The notes under the pieces: generated by a model
Seen by the model: only the letters and a program-made list of their open reading frames with translations
Database searches by the model: none
What the model was told of the DNA's origin: nothing
DNA from: Octopus sinensis
Lineage: Eukaryota
Assembly: GCF_006345805.1 (NCBI RefSeq)
Contig: NC_043008.1
Coordinates: 67,332,001-67,396,000, forward strand
Length of the DNA: 64,000 nt
Direction: 5' to 3'
Shown here: positions 25,996-40,144 of the stretch, in pieces
Layout of the letters: each line of letters begins with the position of its first letter
How positions within the stretch are numbered: the first letter of the stretch is position 1
Made by a program: the position numbers and the translations under genes

Positions 25996-28109
25996 TTGTT
26001 CCAGTAATGCAATACAATACCTAATGAAGTTGAAAATTGCTTTAATTTTTAGCCAAATAAATTGACTAACAAGCTGCTGTCATTGGTAACCCAGTTAATT
26101 TTTGTTGATTATTATTGTTCCAATTACTTCATTAAAGAAACATTTTCATTGACAACCTTGTGGGCCATTGAGATAGCTCCTACACGGTTATTCTACTTGC
26201 TAGAAACAGTAGCAAAGCTTCCCTCAAATACCACACTTCCTGTCTTAAAAATAGAACATGTTGGATCATTTACCCCTGGCTTTGTTCTCTGCTCAGAGGA
26301 AAAAGACAGGATGGTCGTGACTGGAATGTCTTTGATCATAGGTGTGTTTTGTTTGAAATTGACATTGAGCTTAACTACAACCACCACTTCAGCACCAATC
26401 ATTTTCATTTGTGAATTGAAACTATCAAAGTTCAAAAGAAACAAATACATCATTCTATGTCCAGTCTTATCATTACTGTATTTCTGTTGAAATTCCTTGA
26501 CCTCTGTTTCAATTAAATATGAAGATAATGAAGAATTTAGCAAAATGACTTTATCATTATTAAGCTGGAACATAAACTAATATGAAATAGTTTCAATAGG
26601 TTTTGATTTACCTCACTTTAAAGTAGGAAAATTGTTTTATAGAAATTGACTAGTCCCCACGCCCAAATTTCAAGCCTTGTGCCTATAGCAGAAAGCATTA
26701 TTATTAAAAAGGCAGTGAGCTGGCAGAATTGTTAGCATGCTGGATGAAATTCTTAGCGGTATTTTGCTCATCGCTAACTCTTCTATAACCTCAATTCTTT
26801 GTTCCACAATTTTTCTGCTTTTTCTCTTTTTTGTAATTTTTTTCCAAATCATTAAAATATAACAAGGTACAAAGTAGAATAAATGCATCTTAGGCCTCCC
26901 CAGAGGGCATTCTAGGGTCGGTATTATAAATTCTAATTTCAGTGCATTCACTGAACAAATGAGAGAGAAATATTTTTATCTGGCTGGGATTACATACTAT
27001 TGCAGGTAACATTCTTAAATCAATTGATGTCTATTTGGTAATGTAACAATGTATTCTACCAAGAAATGCACCAAAATGCCTATAACAACTCTTGAGCTAT
27101 GGCTATGATATCTCCACTACTGAGCCATCTTTGAACCAAAGCCTTGTGAGTGGATCTGACAGACAGAAACTGAAACAAGCCAATCATATGTGTCTGTCTA
27201 TCTATCTGTGTGTGTGTGTGTGTATTTGCTCTCCTCCAAAAATTGCAAGCTACAAGTGATGATGTTGCTATTTTTCTTATCAACAAACTGTCCGCTAGGT
27301 ATGAAGTAAAATATCTCTTACTTGAAAAACAGTTTGGAGTTAGTGACAGGGAGAGCATCCTGCTATAAAATAAGGCCCTCAATAATACATTCATCTAACC
27401 CATACCATCATGGAAAACAGGCTTAAAAATGAATGAACGGAAGAATAAGTTAAAAAGAACCCCTGTTACCTGGATTAATGCCATCATCATGTTCTTGAGT
27501 GCATTTAGTGGAGTTCAGTCTGTTGCAGGTATTTGGGTCCAGGTCTCCCACCAATCTCAGGAGTTATGATAAAGCCTAGGAGGATTGCCTTCCTCTTCTG
27601 AGCCATTAACATGAAAGATAAGAAAAAAACAACAAAAAAAACTGGATTCATTTAGGTTAATTAAAAATAGCAATGTTTCGATTATTGTCTTGCATAATTG
27701 TGGATTATTTTCCTCATTTTGTATAGATTTTTAAAAACAAAAAATAGACACATTGGATAATGTAATCCGTGGTTCACTATTCCAGTTAAAAAATAGATAG
27801 GATGGTTGTGGTTAAAATGCCTTTCATTATCAGAACTGATCTGTGGCGAAACAAGCAACTCACTAGGAGGCAACAAGGGAGCCTGTGTATTGTCACTTGA
27901 CATGCTAAAAATAGTTGCCAAATCTCTATGATATTACATATTTTAAATAACAGAAGTGTAGTTGTCATAAGCTCATCCCTGATATACAGTCAGTTGGGAT
28001 GTCATAGTAATGAAGCTAAGACATGCAGAGTGAAGCTGCTTGGCACAGATTGACCTTGAATTCTGTTGTACATGTGCACTAAGTTTTAACATTCTAGCTC
28101 ACTTCTCCT

Positions 28110-28480
28110 GTTTATTGCAGTGCTTGTTTTCAAAAGGTTTCCATCATTTTCAACAAAAGCAAGATCTTGTGCAACTGAAATCCAAGTGTCTTTTTGGACA
28201 GCTGAAAGTAGTTTTGGCACAAACTTGGCAGACACATGTCTCATATCCAAGTCTTCAGTGATAATAGACTGAACTGAACCATAACTGATCTGCACATCTT
28301 CTGATAACTCACAGATGGTGATTCGATGATTTCTCCTTACAGCTGCATGCACATCTACACTATTTTTTTTTTCCAGTTCTGCTGGTTGTGGGTCTCCCAG
28401 AATGTTTGTCACTATCAACATTTTTTTGACCATCTTGAAAACGTCTGAACCACTTGTACATTTATGTGCAGCCCATACAC
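28110..28480 (-). mobile_element. mariner transposase fragment
   Basis: RRNHRITICELSEDVQISYGSVQSIITEDLDMRHVSAKFVPKLLS matches the mariner second HTH and the KFVPxxL (WVPHEL-equivalent) motif. Confidence 0.85.
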
Positions 28481-28788
28481 TCAGACGGTTTGACTGGGTC
28501 ACAGCAAATTTGGAAGAATGAAAGACAAAGTTGACATTGGTGGAATTTGAACCCAGAACATGAAATACCAGAGCAAATGCTTGCATGGCATTTTTTTTCC
28601 TAACACATGCTACACATGTTCCTTCCAAGCACTGCTGTAAACAGCAGATGTGAGCTAGAATGTTAAAACTTTGTGTGCATCCACAGCAGAATCCAAGGTC
28701 AGTGAATATACTTCACTGAAAATATATCTATATATATATATGTTTACAAAGTCTAGACAAGTATCTTCAGCTGCAGGCCTTGCTGTTC

Positions 28789-28826
28789 CAGACTGATGAC
28801 AAGCAAGACTCAGAAATATATCTCTG
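28789..28826 (+). ncRNA. Degenerate minimal hammerhead ribozyme motif
   Basis: CAGA-CTGATGA-c-AAG-caaga-CTC-a-GAAA-TATA-TC-TCTG. Stem I pairs (CAGA/TCTG) and stem III is palindromic. Stem II has a mismatch and there is an extra A. Confidence 0.45.
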
Positions 28827-28988
28827 AATGCAGGCTTAGCTGTTAGGGGTGCTTGTCTCCCCTTTGTAAACATAAGGACACAGGAAATGTGTCAAGGCCG
28901 ACAGGAAGCGTTGATGCTTCCTAGGGCTAAATAGTGGTGGTGTGATTCCCTTTATGGGACTGTCATGTTAAGTTGACAGTATACAACT

Positions 28989-29069
<81 letters not shown>

Positions 29070-29431
29070 GGGCTTCTTAAAGTTTCAATTTACCAAATCC
29101 ACTCACAAGGCTTTGGTTGGCCCGAGGCTATAGTAGAAGATTCTTGCCGAAAGTGCCATGCAGTGGGACTGAACCTGGAACCATGTAGTTGGAAAGCAAG
29201 CTTCTTACCACACAGCTATACTTTTATACATATACATTTTATAAATACACACACAAAACTGGCATTTCACTCCATTGCTACCTGGTGTTTCCTACTCTAC
29301 ATGCTTGTTCAAGCATAAAGAATTTTTGTACACCAGCTGTGTACCAATGAATAATTATACCTACTAGTACATATTGATTACTTTTACTTTTAGTTGTGAA
29401 ATGTAGGTGTTGCCCTGCACTAGCCGTCACA

Positions 29432-29590
29432 ATGTATGTATGTATGTATGTATGTATGTATGTATGTATGTATGTATGTATGTATGTATGTATGTATGTA
29501 TGTATGTATGTATGTATGTATGTATGTATGTATGTATGTATGTATGTATGTATGTATGTATGTATGTATGTATGTATGTATGTATGTATG

Positions 29591-29620
<30 letters not shown>
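29432..29620. repeat. Perfect (ATGT)n microsatellite, about 47 units
   Basis: Read directly from the sequence. It explains the MYVC ORFs. Confidence 0.98.
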
Positions 29621-29621
<1 letters not shown>

Positions 29622-29748
29622 TAATTATGCTGTTGTTGGAGTTTTAAATATAATTATGCATATAGTAAATCTGAAATTTCTCTACAAATAAATATTGAGT
29701 ACTTTAATGTTTTCACACATTAGTAATATGTAAGATTGGGCTATGCTC

Positions 29749-29781
<33 letters not shown>

Positions 29782-30616
29782 CCTCTTTCTCTCTCTCTCT
29801 CTCTCTCTCTGTGAGAATGTTGAAGTTTGCTGAGTTAATAAGTGTTGGTCTACCATCTGAATAGCTAACAGTTTGTATTATACTAAAAGCACTATGCTGA
29901 GTCAGTAACTACAATACACAAGCATACAATTCATTCCATTGTTTCGAGTTCTATTCAGTTGTAAATAAACAAGTATTGAAAGTTCATACACTAATTACAA
30001 AGCTACATGACCATAGTAGCAGCAAGCAAAAAGAAAGTAGGGGAAAAGGCTGTCAATGCAGCATTATACAACTAAATTAAGATCTTCCAGTTACGTCCAA
30101 TGTAGAAAAGGTATGGCTTCACCCAGCTGATTTGTTCTATTTACAATATTTGACAAAAGTCTCAATTTATCTCTCTTTGTCCTTGTACATTATCAGACTT
30201 GAGGGGACAGTTTTTATTGTGACACGAGACTAGCCGATACACGTCGCTGACAAGGACCAAGGAAGCTGAAATGGAAATGAATCTGATATTGTTATGGGTC
30301 ATTTCTGGAACTACGTTAATCTCACTCTTATATGTATTGTTTTTTAACACAGCATGTCTATGAAGAGATTTTCTCAGACAAAAACAAAGGCAGCAGCATG
30401 CCTTTCAACGGTGTGTGTGTACATATATATATACATGCTTGACAAATGTCAGATGTAATCAACAAATATCTGAAACCATTATTTCCCAAATGTTCTTAAT
30501 GGTTATTTGAGGAAAAAACACATTTTTACTGTGAGCAACTAATGATACATATAAACTTTCAACTAAAGATTTGAATGTATGGCTTATACCCTAAATACTC
30601 TAGCAGCATGTTTCCT

Positions 30617-30650
<34 letters not shown>

Positions 30651-31549
30651 TGTGTGTTTGTGTATGAGAGAGAGAGAGAGAGAGGAAGCATATATGTGTC
30701 CTTTATAAAATATATCTATGTGTGTGTTATTTAAAAGGACATCCAACCTTAGAAACCTTGCCAAAAATGAAACATGAGTGAAACTAGATTCCCTAAACCA
30801 TCTAGGTGAGCAGTACTCCCAAATATCTGCTGATTTCAGTCATGATGACCTGTCTAACCTATGCCATCACAAAAGGTGAACAGAAAATGATGATGGTCTA
30901 TATTCAAATAACGTGTCCTCTTTTGTATTTTGATTCTTTCTGTTTTTACCTAATTATTTTGATATTTCAAAATTAATTCTTCGCAGTTTAGAACAGAGTC
31001 AAATAATCTCTTCTAAACTGTTAATCGTATCTTTTGTTGTTATTGTTTGGATATTTTTGGTACTGACCACAGTGAAGGAGTAATGTCTACTGACATCCAA
31101 TGCCTTTTAGGAATGGGTTTCTGAGGTGTATATGATGAAATTCTAACCATTTATCAGTAGTGAATCAGTCACAGGCATAGCTATGTGATTATGAATAGAT
31201 GTAGGCATGACCGTGTGGTTAAGAAGTTTGTTTTGAAATTACATAGCTTGGGGTCTATCCCATAGGCCAGCTCTTTGGGTATCTTTTTATCATAGCCACT
31301 GATGTAGCAGTTTGTTGGAAGGAAAATACCAGTTCTTTAGTTATAGGCCCTATCTACTACTCAGTTTAACACCACCACCTGTATCTTCAGTAGCTGTAGA
31401 ATATTTGCTTATTTTTTGTTCTAAACATGATGGACATCTGTTGAGGTTTCCAGTCTCTTTTCCTTACCATTCTTGGAAATCCTGAAAAGGTCTTGGATAT
31501 TGTCCTTTCTCCTCTGATATGATAGAAGTAGTAGAAAATATAACTTCTC

Positions 31550-32000
31550 AGTTGTTGGTTTGTTAATGGTCATCATGTATGTACATGATATATGATATTA
31601 AAAGATAAAGGTTAGAAAGGTTTCTGTTGAAATTATAAACAAGATAGTTTCATCATATTTCTATCTGTATTAAGTGACGGTGGACCAGCATTTTCACTGT
31701 AATATTCAGTATAATTTGTGTTAACAGAATAGCTTTTAGTTGTTAGAGGTACCTCTGTGTTATGTCAGACCAGTTATCTTAGAGGGGTGGACTTTGTATT
31801 TGTATAATGAGCCAGCTTTAGGTTATAAGGAAGATGTCCATGTGGTGGCAGGCAAGTTATAGTTCTACTGGGATCAGTGATAGTGTTTGAGTGAATTAAA
31901 CTGCTATATGTTGTTATGGTTCCCTGTTTATGTATGTGATGACATTGTCACCTTTTGGCTTGTAGAGGTTTCTTTGTACATCCTGTTGGTTTTTAGTGGT
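31550..32000 (-). mobile_element. Possible highly decayed Penelope-like relic
   Basis: Minus-strand LYKPKGDNVITYINRE resembles the PLE RT-thumb motif Y(K/R)PYxKPNxxxxYIxxxSNHP. The rest is too degenerate to confirm. Confidence 0.3.
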
Positions 32001-34317
32001 TGCTGTTACTGTGAAAATGAAAGCTGAAACATGTTAATACAAACCACATTGACAAGTGCTGCAAGTTCTCCCAACAAACTGAAACTGCAATAAGATGGTT
32101 TTAATTTCCAGTTGTAGCCATTTCATTTCACTATATTCATCATATTCTTTACACCCTTAAACAAAAGAAGGGGTTTGCTGAGTTGGACAGACAAAAGAGG
32201 CTATCAGCTAAATGATTGATCTGTATCCTGTTACCTTTGCTGCTCTGTGTTTATCTTTAAGGCTCTTAGCTGTTATGAACCCTGTTGATCTAGCTGTAAG
32301 ATGTTAAAATAGAATGCACAGTGGTGCATTGCAAAATTTACCAGTTTTTTTTCTTTTAGGGGATTTTTTGCTTCCTTTTATCCCATTGGTTCATATTGTG
32401 AATTCAACCTCTGTGGTTTTGGGCCATAATGATTTTGTTAACAACACCAAAGCCCTACTTCATTTATATCTTTTCTACTCTATAGTAAACTCAAAAAAAA
32501 AAAATAATAACTGTGGAATGAATCTCCTAAGACTGGCATAAACCACAAACCCTATAATTTCTGTTCCTCTTAAAAAAACTCTGTAATGAATCCAAGTACA
32601 AGCCATATTGCTTCTTGAATAAAATCTCTCAAACAATTCCTATAACATTCTGGCGATGATGAAAACTCTTGTGATATATTGAAGAGCAAATACTCAAGCA
32701 TGATAACAATCTTCATAAACCTGGAACTGACAATCTGCGTGTGATGGCAAAATTATTTACCAAAATTTAACACACTCTCTCACCCAAATACTTGAATAAA
32801 TTTTGAGTTTTTTTTTAAAGGATTGTTCTGAATGTGAGTTGAACTTATTCTGTTCAAAATTTTGTTCTTGTACTTTTAACTATACATGAATTATAATAAA
32901 ACATTATTCTACACTTTGTTTTGTTCCTTTTGACAGAGACTTGTTTATTTTTATCTATTTCTTGTTACACAGACAAAATACCATATTTTCCTTAGTTTTT
33001 ACTTTTGCATATCTTCTATCTTTTACTTGTTTCAGTCATTCGACTGCAATCATACTGGAGCACTGTCTTTGCAGGGTTTTAGTTGAATGAACAAATCCAT
33101 CCTGTGCACATCTTTTTTTTTTTTTAAATCTGGTACTTATTCTGTTGGTTTTTTTATGCTGAGCCACTAAGATACAGAGATGTCAACAAACCAACACTAA
33201 TCATCAAATGGTGGACAAACACACACACACACACCACACACACACACACAGACACACATTCGACAGACTTTCAGTTTCCATCTGCCAAATCCACTCACAA
33301 AACTTTGGTTGGCCCAGGGCTATAGTAAAAGACACTTGTCCAAGGTGCTACATGGTGAGACTGAACCCAGAACCATGTGGTTGGGAAGTAAACTTCTTAC
33401 CACACAACCATGCCTGTGTCTGTGTTTGAATATTTGCTTATTTTTTTCACCATGTTTTGACAGCTGAACATTCCTTCCTCCAACCTATGACTCAAACTTT
33501 TAATAGAAGTAAAAGCTGTTTTGCACCATATTTTTTGCTTCTGTCTCTCATTAATGACCATGAGTGACAGTCTTGGTTGTGTTACCCACTCGTATTGTGC
33601 TCCACAATAGTGTTATCTCTTCCATTTAGGGTATTTAATAGGATTCAAGCTTGGGCAATATGGTTTGGAGGACAGGTCATTGCTCATACAGCATGTCCCC
33701 TCTCTCGACATCACTGATGGATCCAAAGGAACAGTACAGCCATTACAATTTGGTACTGGCATCACCACAGGAATTGCTAGAACAAGGTTGTAAACAATGT
33801 CCAACTGCTTTGGAGGATCAATTTTTCTCCGGCATGATCTGTTCTGAGGAACACAACACAACACAGCAGCTGTACATTAAACCTTTGGCTCCATAATTAA
33901 ATTTCATGATTATTCCTATCAGGCTTGTCACCAGACTTTGGTGTCGAGGGGTGCTTCAGAATATTTTGGGTGGCTACTAATTTGTAATAATGCTAAATTG
34001 AAGTTTCGAAGTAAGTGTATCATTGTAAATCTGAGGGTACAATATTGAATAGTGAAAGGGCAGTGCAGACCCTTAGCGGCAGGTATGATTCCTATAATGA
34101 TATTAATTATCCACCAAAAAACAGAATTTATATTTTCTGCAATATGTTTTCAGGTGTAGGAGTGGCTGTGTGGTAAGTAGCTTGCTTACGAACCACATGG
34201 TTCCGGGTTCAATCCCACTGTGTGACACCTTGGGCAAGTGTCTTCTACTATAGCCTCAGACCGACCAAAGCCTTGTGAGTGGATTTGGTAGACAGAAACT
34301 GAAAGAAGCCTATCGTA

Positions 34318-34372
<55 letters not shown>

Positions 34373-36656
34373 GTATGTGTGTGTGTATATGTTTGTGTGT
34401 CTGTATTTGTCTCCCCAAAATCGCTTGACAACCGATGCTGGTGTGTTTATGCCCCCATAACTTAGCGGTTCGGCAAAAAAGACCAATAGAATAAGTACTA
34501 GGCTCACAAAGAATAAGTCCTGGGGTCGATTTGCTTGACTAAAGGTGGTGCTCCAGCATGGCTACAGTCAAATGACTGAAACAAGTAAAAGAGTATTTCC
34601 TGCAGATACATTTTTTATATATACCACTAAAAGTATTTGATTCTTGCTCTGTGAAAAGACATTTGATGAAAAATTTGTGAAAAAATTTAGAAAATCTAAA
34701 AAATTGTTTTATGTAAAAAGTGTCATTGGTATTGTCTCCACTTCTCACAGCATAAGCCATGGGGTAAAACTGCTTTCCACAATTAATGGTAATAAAATTT
34801 TGGACAAATATATCCACTTTATGTCTTCAAAAGGTTTATAACTTTCCTTCCTGTGAGGAATCAATCTAAACCAGTTGAAGAATTCTAAAAATGATGAACC
34901 AAGTCCACAATTGTCTCCTACACCTGCCAATGAAAATATAGCATTATTTACTGACAGTGCAACAGAAAATCCTTCCCATATTTTACAAGGCTATTGATGT
35001 GGTGCTAGTAAAGTTAGCAGATGGTAACAGTGTCTTCATATAGCTAATGTTTTACAATTTTTTTAAAGTTATAATCTTGGTTTGGACTGGTGTATAACAT
35101 ACATTTGTTGTTGAAATGTTTATCAAGAATTGTGAATCTGGCAGTTTTTTTTGGTTTTTTTTTTTGCTGCATCTTGTATTTTATCATTGCTTTTATTTTT
35201 TTTTAATATTTCAAACTTTAAATATCATTTCACCAATTAATTTGTTTTATCATGAGACTGGTGAATCAGAATTATTTCAGTTTTTAAGAAAATTCTATTT
35301 TAAGCAATTCTCATTGTCTACACAGACTAATGCACAATACTGTATTGCAGTTACTTGGTAATTCTTAATATTGAGGAATCCCAGAAATGTGCAACATATT
35401 TGAAATTATTATCCATACTTCAAGAAAAAAATAAGAAAAAAGAATTGCCCTGTTATTATTACACTGTGTAACAGTGTGATAATAATAGGTGTAGGGGTGA
35501 CTGTGTGGTAAGTAGCTTGCTTACCAACCACATGGTTCTGGGTTCAGTGGCACCTTGGGCAACTGTCTTCTACTATAGCCTCGGGCCGACCAAAGCCTTG
35601 TGAGTGGATTTGGTAGACGGAAACTGAAAGAAGGCCGTCATATATATGTATATGTATGTATATATATGTATGTGTGTGTATATGTTTGTGTGTCTGTGTG
35701 TCTGTGTTTGTCCCCCCAACATCACTTGACAACCAATGCTGGTGAGTTTACGTCCCTGTCAAAAGAGACCGATACAACATGCTTCACCAGAGTGAAGGAA
35801 AATGCATTTTTCTTCACTCTGATGAAACTCCATGTTCCAGATCAGATGTGTTACAAAATATAACGAATATTATTTTCAGAATATTCAATGGCAACACTGT
35901 AGGACATTGAAAGCAGAAACGGCTGTTAGATGGGATAAAGTTTTGTATTAAAAAATAATAATCGATGTTAGCCAATAGTTGTTGATCAAGATTTCTCCAT
36001 TTTCTGTTTAATTTAAATTTGAATCCTGTTAAACTCATGTTTATCTTTGTCATTGCCTGTATCCTATGAGCATAATATGCTTGCATATGTATGCCCAGGG
36101 TTAAGATAGGTAATTATACCAGTAGTAAAACAGATAATTTTAGCCCTTAGACAGTTATTCCAACCTTTACTTGAATGAATCCACCCTGGTACTTATGTCT
36201 TTACTAAGCCTGGTACTTATTCTATCAGTCTCTTTTGTCAAACCTTTGAATTACAGAGACATAAACGCACCAACACTGGTTGTCAAACGATACTGGAAAG
36301 CAAACACACACTCACACACACACTCACACTCACACACACACATACATGATGAGTTTCTTTCAGTTTCCATCTGCCAAATCCACTCCCAATGCTTGGGTCA
36401 GCCCAAGACTATAGTAGAAGACACCTGCCCAAGGTACCGTGCAGCGAGACTGAAGCTGGAACCATGTGATTGGGTCCTCGTAACTTAGCAGTTCAGCAAA
36501 AGAGACCGATAGAATAAGTACTAGGCTTACGAAGAATAAGTCCTGGGGTCGATTTGATTCGACTAAAAGCAGTGCTCCAGCATGGCCGCAGTGCAGTGAC
36601 TGAAACAAGTAAATGATAAAAGATATATATATATATATATACATATGTACATCCCC

Positions 36657-36702
<46 letters not shown>

Positions 36703-36752
36703 TATATATGTATATATATAATATATATATATATATTATATATATATATATA

Positions 36753-36793
<41 letters not shown>

Positions 36794-36843
36794 ATAATAT
36801 ATATATGTATAATATGTATATAATATATATATTATATATATTA

Positions 36844-36878
<35 letters not shown>

Positions 36879-36986
36879 ATATATTATTAGTAAAAATCAC
36901 AGCAGAAGACAGCACGGTTGGAGGTACCAAGGTATCGGTTAAACTTTTGATTAATCTGCAACAAGATTATTCATCTTTCTATTTCA

Positions 36987-37042
<56 letters not shown>

Positions 37043-37189
37043 CATTGGTGGTGCTGCAGCAGAGCCACAATGCAATGACTGAAACAAGTAAAAGATAAAA
37101 GAAAATACAAAACAAACTAGAAATTTTTTATTTGTTTTCCAGGAAACCAAAAAACATGGAGATCTACCTGCCTAGCAGTTGGTCACCTC

Positions 37190-37390
37190 CTCCTCCTCCT
37201 CCTCATCATCATCATCAGAGCTGTCACCACTACAACTACCACCATCACAACCATCACCACTACTACATACTACTACAACCATCACCACCACTTCTACCAC
37301 ACCCATCACCACTACAACCATCGCTGCTACCACTGCTGTCATCACATCCACCATTATCACCTGAACGTCACTCCCACCATATCCCACAAT
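37190..37390. repeat. Compound trinucleotide tract (CCT/CAT/CAC/ACT)
   Basis: Read directly from the sequence. No credible flanking splice context. Confidence 0.8.
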
Positions 37391-40089
37391 AACTCGACAC
37401 AGATTTACAAACATTTGATTGTGATTATCATTGTATAAACCAGTGTAAATCTGACAGGTGAATCGTCATCTCTATTCAGTTGAATTATATAAGATACAAT
37501 ACACAGAGCAACAACAATACAACTATAAACAGATGCAAGGAGAATATCAATAACAGCAATAACTACAGAAATAGCAGTTTAACAAAGTTTCAATATCATT
37601 AGTCAGATATATATATATACACACACATACTTATAAACATATATATCTATAAATATATACATGTATGTATGCATGTATGGATGTGACAATAAACACATGT
37701 CATTTCCTTATTTTCAAAATATCTTTTTTAATCACCATTGTTGTATTATCTTTTTTCTTGGTTGACTGAGATATTTTACAGCTGTTTCTAGTAGGTCCTT
37801 TGACCACATAGAAGCTCCTTTGTTAATTGAGGCTGGTCAGTGTGGTTAGTGATGGTAATGGAATATGAATTATTTTCTGGCCTTGTTTCAATATTCTTCA
37901 TATTCATCTACCTGTAAATCTTATGAATTAAATAAGAATTAAAAGTAAAGCTACTAAATGACCTATCTTGCTACTGCTAAGTGATTGACTGACAAATTAC
38001 TTCACAGAGATAAAAGAACAATTAAAATAGGAAAAAGCACTTTATAGTACCTTGATTGAATGACAGACTTTTTGAAATTGAATTGCCAACATGTTTACCT
38101 GGCAAACAATAGATACATTTTTCAAATCTTGCTAGTGGATGTGTTGTACTTTCTCTGTCTTTTTATCTTTGTAGAAAAAGGAAGGGCAGCTCCTACAATT
38201 ATTTTCCAGGATTCCATGAGAGATAAAAGAAGGAAAGAGTTAATCTCAAACAAATGCTTGCTATTAAGTGGAATCAACTAAAAGAATGCAGGAGGAAAGA
38301 TAGTAATCACAAACCTTTTCAAATGTGTGTATATATATATATATATATGTGTGAGTGCATGTGTGTGTGTGTTTTGAGCTTCAAACCAGAGAACATAGAT
38401 ACAGAAAAAAAATTACAATTATCCAGTAGAATGATGGTAACCCACCTCAAACATTTCATTTCATCTCAGCTTCTTTGCCCACTTATCGAGGGGCAGAGTC
38501 CTGATGCTGAACATAATTATTTTAATCTAGTGATATTTATATACATATATATATATATTTAAAAATGAGTTTTTTTTTTTTGTGGGGATAATTTTTATTT
38601 TAATAATGTTTACAGTGAGTTACTCTGCTTATGAGTTTCAAGCTTTAGGTAGCTCTTTTCAAACTGAAAAATGTATGTTTTACTGGTTGCTTAAATAGCA
38701 AAAAATATATATATGAAAAATACAAAAGCACATGTGTATAAGAAGAAGAAGAAAGAAATAGAAAGGAGTAGAAGAAAGAAAAAAGCAACAGAAGAAAAAG
38801 AAGGGAGAAAATGAAATAAAACTGAAAGTAAAAGTAAATATGAAAATAGTAATTGAGAACATAGGGGGAGGGAGAGTTAAGTATAGAGAGAATAAAGAAA
38901 TGGAATACTTTGGAGTGGTCAGTATTACTGACTTGTAAGATGACCAGTGGGATGTCTGCTGATTTCAGGTCACCTATTACACACACACATGCCCCCCCCA
39001 CACACACATATGCATGCACACAAACATATATGCATGCACTCACATATCATCATCATTGTTTAACGTCTGCTTTCCATGCTAGCATGGGTTGGACGGTTTG
39101 ACTGTGGACTAGCAAACCAGGAGGCTGCACCAGGCTCCAATCTGATCTGGCAAGGAGGTTTCTATGGCTGGGTGCCCTTCCTAATACTAATCACTCCAAG
39201 AATCTAGGGGTGCTTTTTACGTGCCAGTCAGGCGGCAGTGGCAACGACCATGCTTAAATGGTGCTCTTTACATGGCACCGGCATGAAAGCCAGTCACATG
39301 GCACAAGCATCAACCACTTTCGAATGGTGCTTTTTACGTGCCACTGACTCTGGCATCAGCCACTCTCGAATGATGCTTTTTATGTACCTATTTCTTTACT
39401 ACCCTTAAGGGGCTAAACACAGAAGGGACAAACAAGGACAGACAAACGGATTAAGTCGATTATATCGACCCCAGTGCGTAACTGGTACTTATTTAATCGA
39501 CCCCGAAACGACGAAAGGCAAAGTCAACCATGGCAGAATTTGAACTCAGAAGGTAGCAGCAGACGAAATACTGTTAGGAATTTCGCCCGGCGTGCTAACG
39601 TTTTCTGCCAGCTCACCACCCTATATGTTTTTTATGTACCACCAGCTTGGGTGCTAGTCAGGCAGCACTGGCATCAGCCATGATGATGATTTCACTTGAC
39701 ACAACAGGTTTTCTCAAGCACAGCATATTGCCTGACAATTGAAGTGTACTTTTAAACGGGACAGTTATATGACAATGACATCGCTATGGCTACGATCTCA
39801 CTTGGCTAGCAGGGTCTTACACACACACACACACACACATGCATACACACACAACCATACATACACACACATACATGCACACACATACACATACTCACAC
39901 ATATACATACATATATATATATATAGCCAGATAACCGAAGAGATGGTGTTGTGGATTTCCACTTCGGCATCTGAAACTCAGAGTTTTATCTTGACTATTG
40001 AGTAATGTAACATATTATTGTATAGATAAATTTCCTCTATTTACATAATATTGAGGTCTCTTTCTTTCTTTTGTTATCTTACCGTTTTA

Positions 40090-40139
<50 letters not shown>

Positions 40140-40144
<5 letters not shown>

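Noticed and set aside
26193-26573. 126-aa ORF as a complete gene or TGF-beta propeptide
   Set aside because: Its first third (to about 26465) looks like MITE sequence, and the resemblance of the rest is only a loose hydrophobic pattern.
37132-37414. Pro/His-, Ser/Thr- and Val/Asp-rich ORFs
   Set aside because: Trinucleotide repeat tract that is open in several frames, with no homology or splice support.
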